From contig CAVUKA010000004.1 in assembly GCA_963741945.1 (NCBI GenBank), positions 1 to 64,000 of the forward strand: a stretch of DNA of 64,000 bases, in the 5' to 3' direction. The notes beneath the pieces were generated by a model. It had not been told where the DNA came from, did no database searches, and saw nothing but the letters and a program-made list of their open reading frames with translations. Within the stretch, counting starts at the first letter, position 1. Each line of letters opens with the position of its first letter. Shown here in pieces: positions 48,508 through 57,890 of this stretch. Both the position numbers and the translations under genes were made by a program. The stretch comes from an uncultured Gemmatimonadales bacterium (GTDB lineage: Bacteria > Gemmatimonadota > Gemmatimonadetes > Longimicrobiales > RSA9).

Positions 48508-49727
48508 CCGGAGCCCTCCCGCTCGGCACCCTCCGGGTCTCCGCCCGACCGCTCCCGCCAGTCCTCGGCCGCGGCCACGTACTCGGAGCCGAGCACCAGC
48601 AGTCGCTCGAGCTCGATGCCCGGCATGGTGATGCGCCAGTCCGAGAGGAACCGCTCCAGCTCCTGCTCCAGGGTCAGGCGACGTCGCCCGGCGCCATCAT
48701 CACCGGCTCCGCTCTGCGCTTCCGGCCGACGCGCGTCCAGGTGGAAATGCATCGCTTCCGCCTTCAGCGCCCGGATCCGACGGTGGTCCATGCGACGGAG
48801 GAGCTCACGCGGCACGTCCGTGATCACCTGCCGGACGATCTTCCCACGGACCCCGTCCGGGAGCGACGCAACCGCTGCGGCGATCCGCGCATCGACCGCT
48901 GCCGGTTCCAGCCGCCCCGCCTCGGCCGTGCGCGCGCTGAACCGGGGCAGATCCACCACTTCCCGGACCGGCACCTCCTGGAATTCGCCCCGGCCCCGCT
49001 CCGTGTCGAAGAGGACCCACCCCTTCCGGCTCCCGGCCTCCGCCCAGATGTTCGTGGACGTGCGCTCCGTGGCGCCAGCGTACCACGCGTTCGGCGCGAG
49101 CGCCGTGGCCTCGTGGAAGTGGCCCAGCGCCACGTAATCCCACGCACCCCCCCGGATCGCGTTCCATTCCATGTGGCCGCCGCCATGCTCGACCCGGCGC
49201 AGCAGCCGATCGTCCGCACCGGTCCCCGTGACCGTGCCGTGCAGCATCAGGATGTTCGTGGCCGCGGCGGGATCCGGCTGCGGCTCCGGATCGCGCGCCC
49301 CCGCCAGCGCCGGGTGAGGGACGCAGAGCACGGACGCGCCGAGCTCCGGCAGTGCCACGGTGCGCGCCTGGTCGTCCACCACGTGGACGCCCGGGATCTC
49401 CGCCAGCAGTCTCAGGATGCTGCCGGCGTCGGCAGCGCGCGGGGAGTCGTGGTTGCCCGCGATCACGACGATGGGCGCGTCGTCCAGCCCCTGTCGCAGT
49501 CGCATGAAGAGCCTGAACCCGTCCATGATCGCGGCGTTCGATGGGCGGACCGTATGGAAGACGTCGCCGGCGAAGAGCACGAGGTCGGGCGACGATGCGA
49601 CCACCGCGTCCACGGCCCGCGCCGCTGCATCCGCCACGTCCCGTTCGCGCTGGTTCACGCCACCGGGCGCCATGCGGTGGTAGGCGCGATAGCCGAGGTG
49701 CAGGTCCGCCAGGTGGGCGATCCTCAA
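48504..49727 (-). CDS. sbcD: SbcD/Mre11 metallophosphoesterase nuclease
   Basis: HLADLHLG, AGDVF, AGNHD, LHG, YVALGHFH; TTG start. Confidence 0.93.
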   Translation of the reverse strand: MRIAHLADLHLGYRAYHRMAPGGVNQRERDVADAAARAVDAVVASSPDLVLFAGDVFHTVRPSNAAIMDGFRLFMRLRQGLDDAPIVVIAGNHDSPRAADAGSILRLLAEIPGVHVVDDQARTVALPELGASVLCVPHPALAGARDPEPQPDPAAATNILMLHGTVTGTGADDRLLRRVEHGGGHMEWNAIRGGAWDYVALGHFHEATALAPNAWYAGATERTSTNIWAEAGSRKGWVLFDTERGRGEFQEVPVREVVDLPRFSARTAEAGRLEPAAVDARIAAAVASLPDGVRGKIVRQVITDVPRELLRRMDHRRIRALKAEAMHFHLDARRPEAQSGAGDDGAGRRRLTLEQELERFLSDWRITMPGIELERLLVLGSEYVAAAEDWRERSGGDPEGAEREGSG

Positions 49728-49728
49728 C

Positions 49729-51018
49729 TCACCGCAGTCCTTCCCCGGGCACGCCCACCACCTGCCCGTTCACGCCCGAGCCCGCGTCCCCCAGGAGGAA
49801 CAGGACCACGGACGCGATCTGTTCGCGGGTCACCCACTTCACGCTTTCCGGGTCCGACGCCTCCGCACGGTTCTGCGCCGTGTCCACCATCCCCGGCGCC
49901 ACGGCGTTCACCCGCACGCCCGTGTCACGCTCTTCCAGCGCGAGCGCCCGCGTCAGTGCGATCACCGCCGCCTTCGCCGCGCTGTACGCCGCCATCCCCT
50001 TCACCGCGCGCTCTCCCGCCGGCGAGGCGAAGTTGACGATGACGCCGCGCGTCGCCCGCAGCAGCGGCAGCGCAGCGCGACTCACCAGAAATGCCGTGCG
50101 AGCGTTCGCATCCAGCTCCCGCTGCCACGCGTCCGGCAATGTCTCCGCCACCGCGCCCATCGCCCGCAGCCCGCCGGCCACGTTGACCACGCCGTCCAGC
50201 CGGCCCCAGCGGTCCTGCGCCGCCGCCACGACGGCCGCCGCGCCCTCTTCCTCGGACAGGTCCGCGGCCACGGCGATCACTTCGCCGCCCAGGCTACGGG
50301 CCAGCTCCATCACGGCCTCGCTCCGCGACGTCACCACCACCCGTGCGCCTTCCACGACCAGCGCCTCCGCCACCGCGTAGCCCACCTGTCCCCGGTCTCC
50401 GACGCCCGTGACCAGCACCACGCGTTCCCCCATTCCGGCCTCCTTCCGTGCACCCGAGAGCCCGAGCTCGATCCATCCCGCGGCCGTCAGCACCAGTGCG
50501 ACGCCCACGAACACGGGACCCGGCGGGAAGGATGGTACCAGCCACCCGGCCGCCAGTGCCACGCCCGCCGCCACACCCACCAGCGCGGGCACCACCACGC
50601 CACCCCGCACTCCCGACCCCAGCCGGCTCAGCAGTCCCGCCAGCGCATAGCTCGGCCCCACCACCAGCAGGACCACCCCTACGGGCTGCCCCCAGCCGCG
50701 CGTCTGCAGCGCCGGGAATCGGAGCCACGCCATGGCGGCGAACGACGCCACCACCAGCGCCAGGATGGCACTCATCCACCACCCCACCCGCCGCTGCGCT
50801 CCAGACCCCGAAGTCTGCGCGCGCCCGGGCGGCGCGCCGGCTACCCACGCACCGGCGCCCAGGCTGAGGAGTGCCAGCGAAAGGAGGAACCCCACGGACG
50901 ACAGCAGCCCCTCCCCCGTGTAGAGGAGGAGCGCCCCGGCCGAGAGCGACGAGATCCCCAGCGCAAGGCCGGCGATCAGCGACGCCAGTGTGCCGGGCCA
51001 CTTCCGTCCGGCCGCCAT
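49729..51018 (-). CDS. Fusion of an N-terminal multi-TM domain and a C-terminal SDR oxidoreductase
   Basis: About 190 hydrophobic residues, then VLVTGVGDRGQVG, VNVAGG, YSAAK, VRVNAVAPGMVDT; internal SD and ATG at 50433. Confidence 0.82.
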   Translation of the reverse strand: MAAGRKWPGTLASLIAGLALGISSLSAGALLLYTGEGLLSSVGFLLSLALLSLGAGAWVAGAPPGRAQTSGSGAQRRVGWWMSAILALVVASFAAMAWLRFPALQTRGWGQPVGVVLLVVGPSYALAGLLSRLGSGVRGGVVVPALVGVAAGVALAAGWLVPSFPPGPVFVGVALVLTAAGWIELGLSGARKEAGMGERVVLVTGVGDRGQVGYAVAEALVVEGARVVVTSRSEAVMELARSLGGEVIAVAADLSEEEGAAAVVAAAQDRWGRLDGVVNVAGGLRAMGAVAETLPDAWQRELDANARTAFLVSRAALPLLRATRGVIVNFASPAGERAVKGMAAYSAAKAAVIALTRALALEERDTGVRVNAVAPGMVDTAQNRAEASDPESVKWVTREQIASVVLFLLGDAGSGVNGQVVGVPGEGLR

Positions 51019-51491
51019 CAGGGAGACAGCCGGCCGTAGCCGCCCCGGAAGTACAGGAGCGGGGCGCCCTCGTCCGCGTCGCCCGCCACCACTTCGCCCA
51101 GGAAGATGGAATGATCACCACCGTCGTAGCGTTCCCGGACCCGACAGTCCACCCACGCCAGCGCCCGCTCCAGCACGGGCGCTCCGGTCGTCTCCGTCCG
51201 GTACGCCACCCCCTGGAACTTCCGGTTGCGGTCGTTCTCCGCGAAGCGCCGGGCCAGCCCTTCGCCCCGCTCATCCAGGACGTTCACTGCGAATGCGCCG
51301 GACTGCTCGATGCACGCGTGCGTGTCGGCCGTGAGGTCCACGCACACCAGCACGAGTGGCGGCTCCAGCGACACCGAGACCACGGCGCTCGCCGTGAGGC
51401 CGCACGGCTCGCCATCACTGGCCGTGACCACGGTGACCCCCGTGGGCAGGTGTCCGAGAATGCGGCGGAACTCCGGGGACTCCATTGCCAT
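51018..51491 (-). CDS. Flavin reductase-like (HpaC/DIM6 family) protein
   Basis: FRRILGHLPTGVTVVT, SVSLEPPLVLVC, FAVNVL, GGDHSIFLGEV, PLLYFRGGY. Confidence 0.93.
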   Translation of the reverse strand: MAMESPEFRRILGHLPTGVTVVTASDGEPCGLTASAVVSVSLEPPLVLVCVDLTADTHACIEQSGAFAVNVLDERGEGLARRFAENDRNRKFQGVAYRTETTGAPVLERALAWVDCRVRERYDGGDHSIFLGEVVAGDADEGAPLLYFRGGYGRLSP

Positions 51492-51567
51492 CAGCCTTCT
51501 CGCGCCTCTCCGCTCATTGCGTGGGTGATCGACGAGTCCGTACCTTCCGCGGGTGGGAACACAAACG

Positions 51568-52674
51568 ATGGAAACCGGCTTCCTTCCACTCGCCGCACGG
51601 GTCTGGCGCCTGGCGGCCGTCCTGATGGTAATCGCTCTTTCCGGCTGCGACAACGTGGATTGGGGCGGCGCGGATGTGGCCATCGTGCCGCCACCGCCCA
51701 GGGTCGGGCCGGTCGAGACCCGGCTGGGCGAGGCGCAGCAGCTCCCCCGGGGCCCGCTCCTGTACTATGTGACCCGGGACAGCCTGCGGACCGTTGCTCG
51801 TCCCGTGGCCGAGATCCAGGACGGGGAGACTCGCCCGTTGAGCGCGGGCAGCGACAGCACGTATGGCGAGCGGTTCATCGCCGCCTTCCTGCGTGAGGGT
51901 GGAGAGCTCACCCTCTTCCACCGCGGCCGGCGCGCGGGTACGCTCGTCATCGATTCCGCCACCCTGGAACCCTCCGGCTGCGGGCTCACGCCCACCGGGA
52001 TCGGCCACGCAGAGCTCTCCGGCCGGGCCACCGACGCGCGCGAGTTCCTGGCCATGGCCAGGACCCAGGCCCCCCAGGGGCGCGTCCTCGCAGGGGACTC
52101 CCTGCGCGTGGAGCCGAGGATGCAGGTCGTGGGCAATATCCTGGCCGAGCGGATCCTGCGCGACCGCCAGGCCCAGCTGCCCAACTGGTCGCGCGCCCGA
52201 CGTCAGCTCTTCCCCTTCCCCGTCGAAGGGTCCCAGGACCTGGGCTTCACCGCCACGTTCCTCGTCGATGATGCCCTCGAAGTCGGCGACGACGACGAAG
52301 GGTACTCCCTTTTCGTCGTCTACACGCCCCAGGCCCAGAGCTACGACACCGCCTACGTCGACTACACGAGCTACACCGCCTCGGGCAAGGCCGCGCCCCG
52401 CGCCGTCGACTTCCTCGACTGGAACCGCGACGGCGGCCCGGAGATCCTGCTCGAGGTCTACGGCACCCGCAACAGCTGGTTCGCCGCCGTCGGCAAGACG
52501 GACGACGGCTGGCGGGAGATCATGAACGCGCGCTGCCCACCTTCCACCGCGCCCGCGCCCACCGGGACTGCCGCGCCGGCCGGGATGGATACTGCCGCCG
52601 GAGCCACCGCGGACACCGCGGCCGGGGCCGCCGTCGACACCGCCGCTGCGCCCGCCACCACCACCACGCCTTGA
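51568..52674 (+). CDS. Hypothetical lipoprotein with an FG-GAP/VCBS-like Ca-binding motif
   Basis: Lipobox LSGC; DFLDWNRDGGPEIL; Ala/Thr/Pro-rich tail with DTAAGA repeats. Confidence 0.75.
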   Translation: METGFLPLAARVWRLAAVLMVIALSGCDNVDWGGADVAIVPPPPRVGPVETRLGEAQQLPRGPLLYYVTRDSLRTVARPVAEIQDGETRPLSAGSDSTYGERFIAAFLREGGELTLFHRGRRAGTLVIDSATLEPSGCGLTPTGIGHAELSGRATDAREFLAMARTQAPQGRVLAGDSLRVEPRMQVVGNILAERILRDRQAQLPNWSRARRQLFPFPVEGSQDLGFTATFLVDDALEVGDDDEGYSLFVVYTPQAQSYDTAYVDYTSYTASGKAAPRAVDFLDWNRDGGPEILLEVYGTRNSWFAAVGKTDDGWREIMNARCPPSTAPAPTGTAAPAGMDTAAGATADTAAGAAVDTAAAPATTTTP

Positions 52675-52699
52675 TGCGGGTCCCGGGGACCGGTACCTT
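52671..52699 (+). promoter_or_regulatory. Promoter TTGATG-N17-TACCTT of the btu operon
   Basis: 17-nt spacing, immediately upstream of the riboswitch. Confidence 0.55.
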
Positions 52700-52705
52700 T
52701 CCCTC

Positions 52706-52885
52706 CACATGACACGCACGGGGTCACCCGGAAGCCGGTGAGAATCCGGCGCGGCCCCGCCACTGTAAGAGGTCCGGACAGGCGTCCGGATGGCCCGCTC
52801 ACGCGCCACTGGGGATCACCGAGGGTGAGCCCGGGAAGGCGAGCGACGCCGCCTCGAGCCAGGAGACCGATCCCGTTCGTGCCCG
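52706..52885 (+). promoter_or_regulatory. Cobalamin riboswitch
   Basis: GGAAGCCGGTGAGAATCCGGCGCGGCCCCGCCACTGT, GCCACTG, GGGAAGGC and B12 box GAGCCAGGAGACC; closing helix ACGGGGTC / GATCCCGT; upstream of B12 transport genes. Confidence 0.95.
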
Positions 52886-52968
52886 AGCATACCCTTCGAG
52901 GGAGGGGTGCGGGCGCCAGCGATCGATCGTGATCCAGTGGCCCGCTCCCCCATGAGGGAGGCGGGCCT

Positions 52969-53931
52969 ATTTCGATACGTGAAGTCCCGGTCACCAGCGG
53001 CGCGCTGGTCGCCGCGCTCCTGGTGGCCCTTGCGGCCTGCGGCGGCGGCGATGCCGGCGAGGCCGGCCAAGCCGGCGGTGCTGCTGGCAATGCTCCTTCG
53101 CGCGTTCGCGTGACGGACCCGGCAGGTCGGGCCGTCACACTCGAAGCGCCCGCCCGCCGCGTGGTCTCCATGGTCCCTGCCATGACGGAGTGGCTGGTGG
53201 CGATGGGGGGAGCCGACCGGCTCGTCGCCCGTACCGACTTCGACACCGAGCCACAGCTCGACAGCCTCCCGTCCGTCGGCGGCGGCCTGGACCCGAGCGT
53301 GGAGTGGCTGGCCGCGCGCCACCCGGACCTGGTCATCGCATGGCCGGACGCGCCGAGCCGGTCCCTGGTCACGCGTCTCGAGAGCCTCGGCATCCCCGTC
53401 TACACGGCGCCGATCCAGACCATTGAGGAAGCGCTCGGGGCCGCTCGCGACCTCGGTCGACTCCTGGCGATGGACTCGGCCGCCGACGCTGTGGTGGCGC
53501 ATGTCGTGGCCGGGCTCGACTCCGTCCGCGCCGCCACGGCCCATGCGCCACGCCCGTCCACCCTTTTCGTCATCGGCCTCGACCCGCTCATGGCCGCCGG
53601 CCCCGGCACGTTCATCGACGAGCTGCTCGGGCAGGCCGGGGCTGCCAATGCCCTGGCCGGCGTGAACGCGCTCTGGCCCCAGCTGTCCCTCGAAGAGGTC
53701 GTCGCCCGGCGCCCGCAGGTCATCATCCTGGCGAGGGCGGGGGGCGCAGCCACCCCGGGCGAACCCCACGCCGTCGGGCTCCTCCGCGACCGCCCCGGGT
53801 GGGCCGACGTCCCGGCCGTGCGCGCCGGGCGCGTCTACGCCGTCGACCCGTACGTCGTCAATCGGCCGGGTCCGCACATGGCGGAGTCGGCAGCGCAGCT
53901 GGCGCGTCTCGTCCACGGAGGCGCGCTGTGA
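52969..53931 (+). CDS. btuF: Cobalamin ABC transporter substrate-binding lipoprotein (start uncertain)
   Basis: Lipobox LAAC, VTDPAGRAVTL, RRVVSMVPAMTE, PSVE, PDLVI, GPGTFIDEL, RPGP. First canonical start (GTG 53023) leaves no signal peptide; see findings. Confidence 0.85.
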   Translation: MSIREVPVTSGALVAALLVALAACGGGDAGEAGQAGGAAGNAPSRVRVTDPAGRAVTLEAPARRVVSMVPAMTEWLVAMGGADRLVARTDFDTEPQLDSLPSVGGGLDPSVEWLAARHPDLVIAWPDAPSRSLVTRLESLGIPVYTAPIQTIEEALGAARDLGRLLAMDSAADAVVAHVVAGLDSVRAATAHAPRPSTLFVIGLDPLMAAGPGTFIDELLGQAGAANALAGVNALWPQLSLEEVVARRPQVIILARAGGAATPGEPHAVGLLRDRPGWADVPAVRAGRVYAVDPYVVNRPGPHMAESAAQLARLVHGGAL

Positions 53932-54923
53932 CGGCTCCATCGATCCCGGTCCGGCTCGCGATCCTGGCCGCGATGCTCCTGGCTGCGCTGCTCCTGGCCG
54001 TGGGGGTGGGTGCCGTTCCCGTGCCGCCCGCGGCCGTGGTCCGGGCCCTTGCCGGCACCGGCGACCCTACCATCCGCACCATCGTCGTGGAGCTCCGGCT
54101 TCCCCGCGCCGTTGCCGCCATCCTCATTGGCGGCGCGCTCGCCGTGTCCGGCGCGGTGTTCCAGGCGCTCCTCCGCAACCCGCTGGCCGAGCCGTACATC
54201 CTGGGCGTGTCGGGCGGGGCGGCCGTGGCCGCTGTGGCGGTCATCGGGTTTGCCGGGGCCACGGTCGCGGCGTGGCTCGTCCCGGCCGCCGCGTTCGCCG
54301 GCGGTGTCGGGGCGATCCTGCTGGTTTTCCGCATCGCCGCGTCGGTCGGACGTGCGCTGGACACGCGCGTGCTCCTGCTGGCGGGGGTGGTGGTGGGCGC
54401 CTTCTTCAACGCGGTCATCCTGCTGCTTCTCACGCTGGCCGATGTGGAGACGTTCCGCTCCGCGATCTTCTGGATGATGGGCAGCCTGGCATCGGCGACG
54501 TGGGGCACGGTCCTGGGCCTGACGGCGTTCACGCTTCCCGCCCTCGCCGTCCTCCTCGCCCTCGCCCGCGCGCTCAACCTCATGGCCGTGGGCGAGGAGA
54601 CCGCGCTCTATCTCGGCACCCGCGTCGAGCACGTCAAGCGCGCCGCCTACCTGGTCGCTTCCCTCCTCGTGGCCGCTGGCGTGGCGGCCGCAGGCGTGAT
54701 CGGGTTCGTGGGCCTCATCGTGCCCCACGCGCTCCGGCTCGTCTGGGGCGGCGACCACCGCTTCCTGCTCCCGGGCAGCGCTCTGGCCGGCGCCGCATTC
54801 CTCCTCCTCGCCGACACCGCCGCCCGGACCGTGGCGGCGCCCGTCGAGCTGCCGGTGGGCGTCGTCACGGCGCTGGTGGGTGTGCCGGTGTTCGTCGCCC
54901 TGCTCACGCGGCGGTCGGCGTGA
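53928..54923 (+). CDS. btuC: Cobalamin ABC transporter permease
   Basis: LRLPRA, QALLRNPLAEPYILGVSGGA, FWMMGSL, GEETALYLG, IGFVGLIVPH, ELPVG. Confidence 0.92.
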   Translation: MTAPSIPVRLAILAAMLLAALLLAVGVGAVPVPPAAVVRALAGTGDPTIRTIVVELRLPRAVAAILIGGALAVSGAVFQALLRNPLAEPYILGVSGGAAVAAVAVIGFAGATVAAWLVPAAAFAGGVGAILLVFRIAASVGRALDTRVLLLAGVVVGAFFNAVILLLLTLADVETFRSAIFWMMGSLASATWGTVLGLTAFTLPALAVLLALARALNLMAVGEETALYLGTRVEHVKRAAYLVASLLVAAGVAAAGVIGFVGLIVPHALRLVWGGDHRFLLPGSALAGAAFLLLADTAARTVAAPVELPVGVVTALVGVPVFVALLTRRSA

Positions 54924-55723
54924 TCTATCGGGCCGCGGCGCTCGCCTACCGGTATCCCGGTGCCGCTCGCGATGCCCTGGCCGGGGTGGATCTCGAGGTG
55001 CCGCGGGGGGCGTTCTACGGCGTCATCGGCCCGAACGGCTGCGGCAAGACCACCCTGCTGCGGCTGCTCCTGGGCGCGCTCGCTCCGGACCGGGGCCAGG
55101 TTCGCTACGATGGGCGGCCTCTGGCGGAATGGTCGCGCCGCGAGCTGGCGCGACGGGTGGGCGTGGTGCCGCAGAGCGAGGAGCTGGTCTTCCCGCTCAC
55201 CGTCCGGGAGCTCGTGGCCATGGGCCGGTACCCGCACCTCGGCCCCTGGCGCACGGAAGGTGGAGCGGACAGGGCCGCCGTGGATCGTGCGCTCGACACG
55301 TGCGACATCACGGGGCTGGCCGCCCGTGCGGTGGGCACGCTGTCCGGGGGCGAGCGGCAGCGCGCCCGCGTCGCCAGGGCGCTGGCCCAGGAGCCGGAGG
55401 TGCTGGTGCTGGACGAGCCGACGGCATCACTCGATGTCAGCCACGAGATGGGGATCTTCGAGCTCGTTCGTCGCCTGGCGGACGACGGCGTGACCGTGCT
55501 CATGGTCACCCACAACCTGAACGTGGCCGCTCGCTTCGCCGACCGGCTGCTGCTCCTCGATCGCGGACGCGCGGCCGCGCGCGGCACCGCCGACGACGTT
55601 CTCCGCCCCGACATCCTCGAATCCGTCTACCACTGGCCGCTCGCCCTTTCCCATCACCCCGGACCCGGCCCCGACAGTGGCACCCCGCAGATCGTGCCCC
55701 TCAGACGCTCATGGACACCATGA
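54920..55723 (+). CDS. btuD: Cobalamin ABC transporter ATP-binding protein
   Basis: GPNGCGKT, LSGGERQR, LDEPT, H-loop; GTG start overlapping the btuC stop. Confidence 0.92.
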   Translation: MIYRAAALAYRYPGAARDALAGVDLEVPRGAFYGVIGPNGCGKTTLLRLLLGALAPDRGQVRYDGRPLAEWSRRELARRVGVVPQSEELVFPLTVRELVAMGRYPHLGPWRTEGGADRAAVDRALDTCDITGLAARAVGTLSGGERQRARVARALAQEPEVLVLDEPTASLDVSHEMGIFELVRRLADDGVTVLMVTHNLNVAARFADRLLLLDRGRAAARGTADDVLRPDILESVYHWPLALSHHPGPGPDSGTPQIVPLRRSWTP

Positions 55724-57843
55724 TCCGCACCCCTCGCTCCCGCGCCTTCCTCCCCGCGAGCACCCGGCGCCCCATCCGGTGGCTGTCGCTGACCGCCGCC
55801 CTCGCGCTGGCACCCCTTTGCGGGCTCGCCGCACAGGACCTGGGCGACACCCTTCCCGACACCGTCCGGCTCTCCGACCTCGTGGTCACCGCCACGCGCG
55901 TCCCCCTCCCCAGGGAGGCGCTGCCCACGCCCGTCACCACCCTCTCGGGTGCCCGGCTGCGCGAGGCCGGCGTCCGGACCGTGGCGGACGCGCTCCGGGA
56001 GGTCACCAGCGCGGCGGTGGTGCGCGCCGGTGCGGCCGGCGCCCAGACATCGTTGTTCCTACGCGGTGGCGAGAGCGACTACGTGAAGATCCTCGTGGAT
56101 GGCGTCCCGGTGAACGATCCCGGCGGCGCGTTCGACCTCGCCGACCTCACCACCGAGCAGATCGAGCGGATCGAGGTGGTGCGTGGCCCGGTGAGCGTGC
56201 TGTACGGCAGCGACGCCATCAGCGGCGTCGTCCAGCTCTTCACCCGCCGTGGCCGCGGCGCACCCTCCGTCACCGCCAGGCTCTCCGGCGGCCTCGGCGG
56301 TCGCCCGGACCCGCCGACCACCGTGGCAGGCGACGATGGCGGCGACGGCACCGGGACCGGCGAAGCGGCATCGGCCGCCATCGACCCCGGCTTCGCCCGT
56401 GGTGGCGACACGTACGGCGACGCGGAGGCCGCCGCGTCGGTGGCCGGGTCCACGGGGGCGGTCTCCTACGCTTTCGGAGGCAGCCGCTCCTGGACCAATG
56501 GGCTCTACCGCATCAACAACGGTCGCGACCTCTCCACCGGGAGCGCACGCGTGGCCTGGACGGCGGCGCCCGGCACCGAGCTCGCCCTCACCGCCAGGCT
56601 GAGCGACAGCCGATCCGGCTTCCCCACCGACGGAACCGGCGCCGTCGTGGACCGCAACGCCCGCATCGATCGGACCCGGATCACCAGCGCCCTGGACGGC
56701 GGTTTCCGGCTGTCGCGCCGCATCGATGCCGCCGTCCGCATCGGCCTCGCCCACCGCCGCCGGCTCTCCCTCGACGATCGGGATGGCCCCGCCGACACGC
56801 TCGGTATCTTCGCGTCGGAGCTGCAATGGAACGTGGCGCGCCTGTCCGCGGACGCCCACCTGAATGCCCGGCTCCCCTGGGGCGTCCTCACCGCCGGCGC
56901 TTCGCTCGATGACGCCCGCGCCGACACCCGGTACACCTCGGACAGCGAGTGGGGCCCGGCCGCCGCCTCCGCCGACTACCACCGCACCAGCGCCGGCTAT
57001 TATGCCCAGGTCCTCGCCCAACCGGGCGACGCGGTCCATGTCACCGCGGGCGCCCGCCTCGACCGCAGCGCCACCTACGGCGACTTCCAGACGTATCGCC
57101 TCGGCGCCACCCTCCGCGTGGCACCCGGCTTCCGTTTCCGGGGTGCCGTCGGCCGCGGCTTCCGCGAGCCCGCGTTCGATGAGAGCTTCGGCAGCGGCTT
57201 CGGCGACCGCGGCAACCCCGACCTCGCACCCGAGCAGTCCCACAGCTGGGAAATGGGACTCGAGCACGACCTCGGCAGCACCGCCTGGATCGCCGCCACC
57301 TGGTTCCAGCAGCGCTTCGAAGACCTCATCCAGTTCACCTTCGCATCGCCCGAGCCCGACGCGCCAAGCTATTTCAACGTGGGCGCCGCCTCCGCGCGAG
57401 GCCTGGAGATCGAAGCTTCCGCCCGCTTCGGCCCCCTCGACCTCGCCGCCGGCTACACCCGCCTCTTCACCGAGGTCCTCGACCCCGGCCTCGCCTCCGA
57501 CGCAGCCTTCAGCGCTGGCCGCCGGCTGCTCCGCCGGCCCCGGCAGAGCGGGTCGCTCCACGGACGCCTCTCCGCCGCGGGCGGCGCGCTCCTGGCCACC
57601 ATCACCGCCGTGGGCACCCGCGAGGACCTCGACTTCGCCGCCGGCTACCCGGCCCCCCGCGTCTCCCTCCCCGCCTACGCCACCCTCCACCTCGCTCTCG
57701 AGCGGCGGCTCCCGCTGGCCGGCCCCGCCACCACCCTCGCCCTGGCCGTCGACAACGTCCTCGACACCACGTACGAGACCGTCCGCGGCTTTCCCGCGCC
57801 CGGACGCCTGGTCCGCCTCATCGTCGAGCTCCGCGCCCCCTAG
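55720..57843 (+). CDS. btuB: TonB-dependent cobalamin receptor
   Basis: Signal peptide, TonB box LVVTATR, plug SLFLRG...ILVDGVPVN...IERIEVVRGPVSVLYGSDAISGVV, GNPDLAPE; riboswitch-controlled operon. Alternative ATG 55711. Confidence 0.9.
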   Translation: MIRTPRSRAFLPASTRRPIRWLSLTAALALAPLCGLAAQDLGDTLPDTVRLSDLVVTATRVPLPREALPTPVTTLSGARLREAGVRTVADALREVTSAAVVRAGAAGAQTSLFLRGGESDYVKILVDGVPVNDPGGAFDLADLTTEQIERIEVVRGPVSVLYGSDAISGVVQLFTRRGRGAPSVTARLSGGLGGRPDPPTTVAGDDGGDGTGTGEAASAAIDPGFARGGDTYGDAEAAASVAGSTGAVSYAFGGSRSWTNGLYRINNGRDLSTGSARVAWTAAPGTELALTARLSDSRSGFPTDGTGAVVDRNARIDRTRITSALDGGFRLSRRIDAAVRIGLAHRRRLSLDDRDGPADTLGIFASELQWNVARLSADAHLNARLPWGVLTAGASLDDARADTRYTSDSEWGPAAASADYHRTSAGYYAQVLAQPGDAVHVTAGARLDRSATYGDFQTYRLGATLRVAPGFRFRGAVGRGFREPAFDESFGSGFGDRGNPDLAPEQSHSWEMGLEHDLGSTAWIAATWFQQRFEDLIQFTFASPEPDAPSYFNVGAASARGLEIEASARFGPLDLAAGYTRLFTEVLDPGLASDAAFSAGRRLLRRPRQSGSLHGRLSAAGGALLATITAVGTREDLDFAAGYPAPRVSLPAYATLHLALERRLPLAGPATTLALAVDNVLDTTYETVRGFPAPGRLVRLIVELRAP

Positions 57844-57890
57844 GCACACCCTCCACGCCCGGCGGCCCGGATACACTTCGTCGTCGGCCC

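Noticed and set aside
46075-49727. SMC-like ATPase plus nuclease as a Wadjet/Lamassu-type defence system
   Set aside because: The zinc hook CPTCG and Mre11-type phosphoesterase motifs identify ordinary SbcCD; no kleisin, KITE or effector genes are present.
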